Assembly: GCA_973851085.1 (NCBI GenBank) | Contig: OZ316775.1 | Coordinates: forward strand, 17,484,001 to 17,548,000 | Origin: Ptychomitrium polyphyllum | Taxonomy: Eukaryota | Direction of reading: 5' to 3' | Length of the DNA stretch: 64,000 nt | Shown: in pieces, positions 54,428-64,000 of the stretch | How positions within the stretch are numbered: the first letter of the stretch is position 1 | Layout: the number at the start of each line of letters is the position of its first letter | Notes under the pieces: model-generated | Told to the model about the DNA's origin: nothing | Database searches by the model: none | Seen by the model: only the letters and a program-made list of their open reading frames with translations | Position numbers and translations under genes: made by a program

Positions 54428-55993
54428 TGTAAGCTATGAAATTAGCAAATTATAGTCTTTTCTCTTAAAAATTGCTAAAAAGTAATATTTGTAGATAGAA
54501 TTAGGCCTAATTAGGGCCAAAGGGCCAAATAAGGGATGTAGTTGATCTTTAAAGAGATTTTAATGTAATTTGGGCAGATGTTCATGATCTATGATGGTTA
54601 AGTCCAATAAATAGAGCAAATTAGAGAAAGAAGAAGAAGTTTCCAAAATTAGTCAAATAGTAAGTGAGGTAATTAGGTAAGGAGTTACTATTGATTAAAT
54701 TTAGAGTAGCAGTTACATTGAAGGAAAAGTCAAAATATGAATTAAAGTCAAGTGACCTAGAAATTTCAGCAACCAATGGAAATGGAGTAGAGAAGTGGGA
54801 TTCCCTATAAAAGGGAGGAGAAGGCAAGCAAAGACACACTTAACATTTAGTAGTTTTCAAGCAAATTTAACTGTAAGCACACCCTTAGTTTTAGCAAGAG
54901 AAGTTTGTTGAAAAGCAAAGAGAGTTAAGTTTTAAAGTTAGGTATTTATATTAGGTTTTGGAATTAATTGACACAATTAGTTTTTGGCAAATAAGAATTA
55001 GTGATAAGCAAGAGAAGTTAGTATTGGAGCATAAAGGGCAATAATAAGGGTTTTGATGTTGGACCGTCAGTCCCTCATTATGGAAGTGTAGGAGCTAAAT
55101 TTTTATAGGGTTGGTAGACAAAGTTATAAGCTTTCCAACAAGCCAAAGCATGCTTGAATCAAAGCTATAACAAGGAAGAAACAACCAATTTAGTGAAGGG
55201 TGCTTTGGAGGTTACTACGGCAACTAGGGTTTGGATTTTGGACCGCCAGTTCCTTATTGTGCAAGTAAAGGAGCTGAAATAAATTAGGTCTATAAAGAGT
55301 GTTATAAGCTTTTCAACAAGTCAAAGAATGCTCAGTTTAAAGAATTATGGAAGAAATGGAGGCCGTTTGAAGTGAAGGAGGTCCAATGGTTGGCAGTCTT
55401 GTAAGCCCAACTTTAGCAAAGAACATTTTATTGGTTACAAGACCAATTGCTACAAGAATTCATTGTGCTATAGCTGCTTGAGGTTTTTTTTTATAGAAAA
55501 TCTAAGATTTAGAAATTTGCACCATAGAGTCGGTAGCCGCGGCAAATTTAGTAGCGGGAGGTCTGTTGCCCTTCTGATTTAGAGGACCAACTTTGAAGGA
55601 CAGTTTTGAGTGAATTACAGCAAGTTTGAAGCTAAGATTTTATAATTGTTAGCCCCATAAGTTAGCTTTTCAAAAATTGAAAGCACGCTCAAATTGGATT
55701 AAAGAGAAAGAAACCATGTCATGTTTGGTGAAGGAGGGCTTACTGCCATTGATTCTAAAATCAGCAACAAATGTATCCAAGTTGTAAAATTTATCTTTTT
55801 TTCGACACTTCCATTCTTGCATTGGCTTTAAGTGTCATGGACCATGAGCATCTGCCCACTTGCCCTTTACTTCCTTTAATAAGAACTATAATCCAACTTC
55901 TTTTGCCCTAATTAGACCTAATCTCTTCTACGATGTTAAATTTTGTCATTTCTTTAAGAGAAAATCTATAATGAGTTGATTCTATAGCTCATA
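54428..55993. mobile_element. ~1.57 kb unit with ~220 bp degenerate inverted ends and internal ~180 bp repeats
   Basis: tgtaagctat..ttttctcttaaa..ctaattagggc..tgggcagatgttcatg is mirrored in reverse complement at ~55790-55993; internal repeats start near 55047 and 55226. No TSD. Confidence 0.55.
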
Positions 55994-55999
55994 TTGTCC

Positions 56000-56391
56000 G
56001 TCTTTTATCAAATCAGGTCTAAACAATGAAGCACCTAAGTTAACTTGGGATAGCAGCTACAGTGCTTCTGTTTTCTAACCATTATATATGGTCAAATACA
56101 GTTCTTTGTTTTGCTTGGATAAAGTTTTGATTTTAATCCTCAATGCTTCAAAGGAATTGATAATGGAATCTAACTTGGCATCTTTTGAATTAGTCATATT
56201 GACTTCTTCACCTCCTGGCATAGAAATGAATTGGGAACAGATAAGAAATACTAAATACGCAAGAAACCAAAGAAAATTCAAGAAGCAATATCAGCCCAAA
56301 AGAGGATAATCCGCAACCTCTAGAGTGTTGTAGTGTTTTTAAGAAGAGGGGTGGCATGCTTTCTATTAAGAATGACCAAGCTCTGATATTG
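56000..56391 (-). mobile_element. Retrotransposon 5'UTR/gag start with decayed tRNA-iMet-type PBS
   Basis: Minus strand reads aatatcagagc (canonical TGGTATCAGAGC), followed by the gaggttgcggattatc motif also seen near 21105 and 59510. Confidence 0.45.
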
Positions 56392-59249
56392 TTGTATGGC
56401 GGTGGTGGGCTAAAAGAGCCTTGTTTTGAAAAAGTATCGGGCCTCTAGTTGCTACTAATTCCTCAATAATTTGACTAGATAGTGTTATAATTGAAGTCAA
56501 TTAAGTGCAAAGTTTGTTTATCATTCTATATATACTTTGTAAAATTCTCATTTCAAACCCAAATTGTAACTATATATATCCGTCTTTGAAATCTTGCTTA
56601 CAAAATTTGTCCATGAATTTTAATTCCAATGTCCAATGATCTTGATATTTTGGTGCTACGTTTAAAAAACATGTAAAAAACTACACTAAAAGTTTCATAA
56701 CTATAGATGCTATATCATTGAGATTCATGCAATCAAAGCTCTCATCTTTCTCACCACACCCCCTTCAAATTACCACCTTATAACTTCTTTTCTATCATGA
56801 ATCTAGATTTAAAAGTAGTACATACACAATTTATCTTACAATAAAAATTTCAATAAACATCAACTTTAGAAAATTCTCCTATATTCTTTTATAGCCAAAA
56901 TATATAATTCCTACATTGTTGTATACTGCCTTCTAAAAATCCAGTTACATATTCTCCTACAACTCATACTACAAAAATCTTTTTCTCTCAAGATTTTACA
57001 CTATTATTTTGAAATAATCAAAATACTACCCTTCAAATCTCATCCTCAAAGACCGTTTCTACAAGAAGTTATAAGCACTCAAAGCAGCTTTTCTCAAAAT
57101 TCAAGGTAGCTGGACCAACTTTATTCCAACTAGTGCCATGGTTACATAACAATTCCAAATAGAGAATGTGATGGCATTTTGAAAAGCTAACAAATAAAGA
57201 AAGTAAATCCAACAAAAATCAATTCAAAATAAGAAGTTTACAATACAATATGATCAAAGGAAAGGTTGCCTTAAGTGACAAGTGGGAGAAGCCAAGAGAG
57301 AAGAAGAGGGTAGTAGGCAAACCGCCACATCCGCCTCTTATTATTCCACATTAGCCTTATCTTTTTATATCAGCTCCTAATCTCCTTTATCAAGCCCTTA
57401 TTTAACCATATTTTCAAATAAAAAACAGCCTAAATCCTTTTCTTTTGCTTCTCTTTCTTTTCTTTTCTTTGGTTGAAATTTCTAGGTTCCAAACTACAAA
57501 AGAAAACAAAATCAATCCTCACAAATTTAAAGTAGGAGATTAAAACTAAATAAAAGGAAGAAAATAGGAAAAAATTGAAGTTCAATGAATATAAAGTCAC
57601 TACAGAGGCATAATCAAATACCAAGCCACAAACTTGGTTGATTGGATAAATTTCAGCTACAGAACCGGTCCAAGTTCAATTCTTGTTGGATTTATTGACT
57701 AGGATGGCGGCACTTGGTTTAGTACTGATAATAAAAATGGCAAGCAAAAAAATAACACAGTCACTCGGCGCCTTCACTCTGAGCTAAGACAAGATGCAAT
57801 TCTATCTCCAAGATACTCAAAACCATGGTTTCACCACGATCCTTTTTACCTAACTTTTCTTTTCATCCTAGTATTCTTTTCTAAAACACAATAAATAAAA
57901 ATGCACAAAATAATACATATTAGTTAAGTTTTAAGCCCTGTAATTATTTATAGCACAACACTACACAATATTGACAACAAGCAAAGACTAACAAGGTCCT
58001 CAATTGCCAGACAAAGTACCAATATTAGAAGGCACGCAAATGATTTACAAAGAATTACTAGCACTTGGACGGAGCCTACACCAAAATCTACAATCAAGAC
58101 GATATTATTTACCATTACGTGCAGAGCTTTCTAGGGTGGGAAGACAATCATTCGGTAATACATGACTCTCTCATCTTTCTTAATATACATGAATTGGATG
58201 ATGAGCATTTTGATACTCTAAATTTAGCCATTGATCAATCCTTGCCTGAAACTGCTTGGACTTCTTCATTATCTACTACTGCTTGTCTTTTAGTGCTTGA
58301 CACCAATTTCCATGCTCCCCCATCATCTATTCCTCCTACTACCAATCTTTTTGTTCCATCTATCCAACGCCAACTTCTTCCTATTCCTTTCCTTGATGCA
58401 ATCACACTCACCTTTCCTCCTCATTCTGCTCCGCTTTCAGCATGCAAAACACTTTGCCGCCTTCAACTTCAAGAAATGCCCAAGTAAATCACTTTTTGTG
58501 TTTCCAAAAGTAAACTTAGTTTAAAAAAGTGATTATTACCGGGCTACTGGGTGTTATATTTGGTACTATTGGACTTTCTCTACCAATCTTCCTCTATTGA
58601 TACTACCGGACATCCTCCAACAATAACAATCAGATGATAAGAAATAATTTGTTAGTTTAAACAAAAAAATGTAGATCTACTTTTGTAGGATCTTGAACCT
58701 AATACTTAAACCTTCAATTAAGAGAATTGAAGGTGTGTTGTATTTTTTTTCTTCTGATGAAACAAGTTATACGCTCCCTTTTTCCTTATCAATTTTATCT
58801 TTGAGTATATATTTATATGCAAGTTTGTCCATTCTAGCAAGTTCTATAGTAGTTTATAGGTATTCTTTAATACTACTATGTCTTTCTATTCAATAGTATA
58901 AACTATAAACTCATATATAGTGTTCTTTACTGATCTATATACTCCAATAAGGAATTACCTAGTCTTAGAATATTTAGTAGTTACCAATACTAATACTAGT
59001 ATAGCTGACTTTCATTAGATAAAGTTTTGTACTACAAAACTATTAAATTATTGTTGATTTGGTAGTTACTTGCTTTAATTGTTATATATTTTAATATTTA
59101 CTTATTAAACAAAGCCTCTCAACTTTGCTTGTAATCCATCAAACTTGTTGAATATACTACCCTTTGGCACTGCATGGTTTTAAAAAAAGGCTTCCTTTTT
59201 AATATTGGCTACTTATAATTGAATAATTTCTTGATATAGACTCTAAATT

Positions 59250-60020
59250 GTTGGTGTTGTTGAACCAAGTAAATACCATATGAACTATATTTAATAATTT
59301 TTAAAGGTCTGCAATAGTTGCAAACCTATTTACTGATGTTTCTTGCACTATGATCATTCTTTCATATTTAAGATTGTCAAAAAAAAAAGAGTATGAAAAT
59401 TTTCATAGGAAGATAAGTTGGGTCTTCTGAAAGAATGATCATTCTTCAAAAGAAGTAGCACTTGTTTTTTAGAAGAAAAAATCAACTTATGGTATTAGTT
59501 TAGAAGAAGATAATCCGCAACCTCAAAATGCTATGGGATCCTAAAAAAGATGGAAAATCCACTATCTGAATCAAAAAACCTTAGTTGTTACAGATAGAGT
59601 AACTACAAGACAAGGTTCTAGAATTCTAGGATGTGGAACAAGATAAGTCCACGTATAGTAGAGGTATAGAATTACAACAAGGTACAAAAGACAAGGCCAG
59701 AAGATGTAAACTAGACCACAAGAGATGTATTGTTGAGATTGGAGAATTCTTCAGCCTTGATTCTTATATCTACTAGAACTACGAACCTTGGAAACACTTG
59801 AGAAGTTTCACCTACATTGCTTTATACTCAAGCAACCTTGAGTTGCTTCCTTGGAAGTTTCCTAGGCCAAGGTAACTTCCTTAGAAGCTTCTTAAATTCA
59901 AGGTAATTTCTTTGGAAGTTTCTTAAGTCAAGGAAACTTCCAAGGAAGCTTCTTAAATCTTCTAAGAACCTTACTAGATGCTTCTAATGTGTATGTCCGC
60001 GACATCACTTCCCCTTCTAG
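59250..60020 (-). mobile_element. LTR (59586-60004) with upstream PPT and downstream Gypsy 5'UTR/gag start
   Basis: TGTCGC...GTAACA on minus; PPT agaaggggaagtga; downstream sequence similar to 1487-1750. Confidence 0.7.
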
Positions 60021-60354
60021 CTCCGAGGTTTTCAAAGAGCAATAAATGCTCCAAATTATAAAAAGTCAAAATTTGTCGCATGGTATCTATAACATAATTC
60101 AATTTCTTTTCTCAATTCAAATGGTTCATGGATCTTTGTAACCACTGATAGTGTCCAACGCCTTCTACTTGGGACCAATCATGAACTTTTCTATCTTTGT
60201 TGTGAAAGCATCCTTCAAAAACAGCTTTCAAATAAATTTTGTAAGCGGGCTCCACTTCCTAGACAATCACCAATAATCTTTTGCTGGAGATCCTCCAATG
60301 TCTTCTTGGTTCAATCTGTTCTTCATCACAAGGTCGTCGACAAGAGCCCTGTGG

Positions 60355-60926
60355 TATTAGGCAAAGAAGAAATAAAAAGCAGAAAACAAAGTGTTTCCTA
60401 AGAATTAGCTTCTAAAGAGCTAATGATTAATAAAAACTTGATACAAAGACTAGAACAAGGCTGGATACAAGATGATCCACAATTTGTGTTGGCAAGACTA
60501 AGGAATACCTTGTCTTGCCGCCTACTTATACTATGACCCTTGCATCTCCTAGGATACTTTTAAACAAGCTTCCTACAAGGCTTAAGAATGTTCTAGAAGT
60601 TTAGAGAACCTTCCCAAGAAGCTTCCTAAGATGTTGGAACCTTCTTAAGAAGCTTCCAAAGAACTGGAACCTTCCTTGGAAGTTTCTTAAGGTAGAAGAT
60701 CTTTCTTAGAAAATTTTCTACAGAGGTAGAATCTTCTTAGGAAGTTTCTTGAGGTGATGAAACCTTCCTAAGAAATTATCTACGATGATAGAGCCTTCCT
60801 AGGAAGTTTCCTAAGAACATGGAAAGGCTATGGAGACATTTGAAAGTATTCTAAAAAGCTATTATAATATACCAAAAGGTTCTAGAATGTTCTAAAGGCT
60901 ATGTTGTAAGATCTATGTCCAAAATA
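60355..60926 (-). mobile_element. LTR (probably solo), family of 2608-3252
   Basis: Colinear with 2608-3252; ends decayed; flanks TGTGG/CTTGG match only partly. Confidence 0.8.
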
Positions 60927-61099
60927 CTTGGTTGAATTGACACCATTGGAATGGTATCTGCATCTTAACTATTCATATCATATATACCAAGCTAGTCTCA
61001 AAAAACTATGACAAACTTCAAAATACAAATGACTAATTTTATAAATCATGTATAGGGCTTTGAAAACTTATGATATAAGAATTGCTTTCTCTCCTACCT

Positions 61100-62112
61100 A
61101 AAAGCTCAAGCATCAAGAGCCTTCAAGGTTATGTAGCCTTATCAAGCCATTGTTCCAACTACTGCTACTATTTGTTTGGATGGATGTTGTCTATAGAACT
61201 CACGTACTTTTCTTTGTGAATTGGCAAGGTTGTTAAGTGGCTTTCTTCCACTTCAAATTCATAATGATTGTCAATTTCAACCACAGGTGGTTGCAGCTGC
61301 CTTTGTCCGGGAATACTTGATTCCTTATAAGTTTTCAAAAGTGAAACGTGGAAGATGGAATATACCTTCATTAATGTTGGTAGTTCCAAATGATATACTT
61401 CGTGGTTGACTTGTTTTTCAATTGCAAATGGTCCCATCTGCAATAGTCCAGCATATCACATGGCCTACTAGTCCTTGGAATGGAGGTTGTTTCTTTTTTG
61501 TTGCATCTGTTGCCGTTTTGTATTGTTCCCGAGCTTCTTTTACTTGAGATTTCATGGTTGTTTGAAGCTTTGCCATTCTTTTGACATATTCTTCTATTAC
61601 TAGATTTTCAAATCGTATAGGCTTTAATATATTTATTTTTTGATGATGTCCATAGTTGGAGTAGAATGGCATTTATTGGGTGGAAGCGCGAGTAGTATTG
61701 TTGTAGGCAAACTCAGCTAATGTCAAGTAGGAAGTCCAATCATCTTCTTGGTAATTGATGTTAGACCTCAAATATTGCTCCAAGATCTAGTTGACTCGCT
61801 CTATTTGGCTATCAATTTAAGGATAGAAGGCAAAGAAAAGTTTAATGTCCACCTTAGGAATTTCAAAGAGCAACTTCCAAAATCCTGATACAAACTGTGG
61901 TCTACAATCTGATAGAATATCGTCAAATAATCCATGCTAGCGGTGGACATTATCCATGAAGAGTGTCACAGTTGCTTCACTCGTAATTATCTTTTTGTAA
62001 TGTAAAAAAAATATGCCATCTTGGTCAATCGAGCTACCACACTAAAGATGGTATTTAAAAAAGTTGATGGAAGAAGATCTGTAATGAAATCCATTAAAAC
62101 GTACAACCATGG
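61100..62112 (-). pseudogene. Gypsy integrase/chromodomain remnant
   Basis: MDFITDLLP, GPFAIEKQVNHEVYHLELP..FHVSLLK..EFEVE. Confidence 0.85.
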
Positions 62113-64000
62113 TATTGAGGACACAAGAAACAAGAAGCAGAAACAAAGTATTTTCCAAAGAATTAGCTTCCAAGGACCTAATGATTAACAAGAACTTGAT
62201 ACAAAGACTACAACAAGGCAGGATTTAAGATGATCCACAACTTGTGTTGGCAAGACTAAGGAACACCTTGTCTTGCCGCCTATTTATACTATGACTTTTG
62301 TATCTCCTAGGATACTTCTAAAGAAGCTTCCTACAAGGCTTAAGAATGTTCTAGAAGTTTAGGGAATCTTCCCAAGAAGCTTCCAAGATGTTGGAACCTT
62401 CCTTGGAGGTTTCCTAAGGTAGCGGAACCTTTTTAGGAAAATTTTTAAAGTAGCAACCAGGTATAGGAAGTATTCTAAAGAGGTAGAATTTTCCTAGGAA
62501 GTTTTTTGAGGTGGAAGAACTTTTCTAGGGAATTTTCTAAGGTAATAGAATCTTCGTAGGAAGTTTATTAAGAAATTATTTGAGAAATGGAACCTTCCTA
62601 GGATATTTCTTAAGATGGAAGAACTTTCTTAGGAAACTTCTTAAGAACATGGAAAGGCTATGGAGACATTTAAAAGTATTCTAAGAAGCTATTATAGTAT
62701 ACTAGAAGGCTCTAGAATGTTCTAAGGACTATATTGCATGATCTATGTCCGTGACATCACTTCTCCATTTAGCAATGAGTTCCATGAGGAGCTCTTTTCT
62801 TTGCTTGCTTGTCACATTTTTACAAATTCCAAAATTTATTGAAGAAATGAAGCAATATATTTTGCTTGTTGTTCTTTGTTCACTAGTTCAACTGGTCGTT
62901 GCAAAAAAAGCCAATGGCCACCAGCCAAGACTTCTGTTGTTGAAGTGCCCCATCTCAAGATCTGATCTTGATTAAACCCTTTAAAACATCCTCCAAACAA
63001 GATTTCGGGTCCTCTAGGAGTGACTCTTCCAATTTTTAACAAGATGATTAGAGCGCGAGCATCTGAATCAAAACTAGAATGTGAAGGGCGACTAGTCAAT
63101 ACTTCTATACGAGGTCATACTTGACGTTGGGATGTCCCTCTCATATCTTGACTTAGATCTTCCGTTACCAAGGGCTGTTAAAGTTGAGTTGGCTCAACAG
63201 ATGCTGTTGTTGATGAAGGCATGGCCGACTGCTCTTCAAGCATATTCAAAATAACACGAAGATTTGCCATCCTAGCTGGGATCTAAAAATGATCTATCTT
63301 AGAAATGATGCTATATACAATTGGAAGTTTGGATATCTCTCCATTCTTTTTATACTTGTTTATGAAGGAAAAACTTCTTTGTGAAGCTAACAGTTACAGA
63401 TGACACATCATCACTGACCTGGTTTTTGAGGATATCTTTGATGAAATTTGCGTACCTTCTCAGATGCATTTATTACATTAGTTGAAGGTTCCCATGTTTG
63501 GTCATTGATGCCATATCCTTGCCAATGTATAAAATACTCCACAAGTCTGTTTTTGATGCGTGAATCTAAGATCTCTTCTACTTCATATTCAATTTCATTA
63601 CTGATTTCCAACAAAGGAGGCGGAGGGACAATTCTCTCTAGTATACATGATTTGTTATAGGTTTCCAACAACAATATGTGGAATACTGGATGAATTTGCA
63701 TGCTTGGTGGTAGCTTTAGGCGATAACTAACCGGATTTATCTGTTTGCTGATTTCAAATGGTCCCAACCTTTGATAGTCCAACTTCTTTGATGGTCTTTT
63801 TGTTTGTATATTTTGTCGTAGGAGCCATACGCAATCTCCAACCTTGAACTTTGGATGGTCTTTTTAATGGCGATCTGCATAAGTTTTGTAACGATCTTGA
63901 GCTTGTTGTAACTGGAAGGTAATTTCTTGATGGATTTTAGCAAGTTGAATTGCAAAATCCTCTGCTGCGGGACTTCCAACATGCTTCACTTGAAATGGAT
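62113..64000 (-). mobile_element. 3' end of a Gypsy chromovirus running out of the window: integrase C-terminus, chromodomain (63411-63782), extra ORF, PPT, 3' LTR 62113-62756
   Basis: GPFEISKQINPVSYRLKLP, EYEVEEILDSR..YFIHWQGYG..TWEP; PPT aaatggagaagtga next to TGTCACGG. Inserted into the 61100-62112 integrase. Confidence 0.92.
62812..63270 (-). pseudogene. Extra ORF (~152 codons), diverged copy
   Basis: MANLRVILNMLEEQSAMP...EILFGGCFKGFNQDQILRWG..VLAGGH..KEQQAKYIASFLQ*ILEFVKM*; 459 nt, the same length as 8404-8862; 3 internal stops. Confidence 0.7.

Noticed and set aside
58065..58487. 140-aa ORF
   Set aside because: TTG start, low complexity, no motif, TE-rich context.

Overview
Eukaryotic, AT-rich, TE-dense plant DNA. 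It is probably moss (Physcomitrium-like); this is an inference from the LTR families and gene content, not a database result. 1-27.9 kb and 49-64 kb are nested, mostly decayed Ty3/Gypsy chromovirus elements with TSD-flanked solo LTRs, plus a Sola-like (DUF7869-type) DNA transposase relic. The dominant structure is a ~7.46 kb near-perfect inverted duplication (1487-8944 / 13597-21054, 4.65 kb spacer) of a dead Gypsy element, including its nested insertions. The three non-identical copies of this Gypsy family carry a conserved ~152-codon extra reading frame between the chromodomain and the 3' LTR, and the two full-length copies differ by many synonymous substitutions. A GC-richer gene island (~28-48.8 kb) holds an intronless GT34 glycosyltransferase, an F-box pseudogene, a six-exon cytochrome c6A, a disrupted Tudor-domain gene, a nine-exon alpha/beta-hydrolase and a receptor-kinase remnant. 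All comparisons were made by eye, so identity values are approximate.
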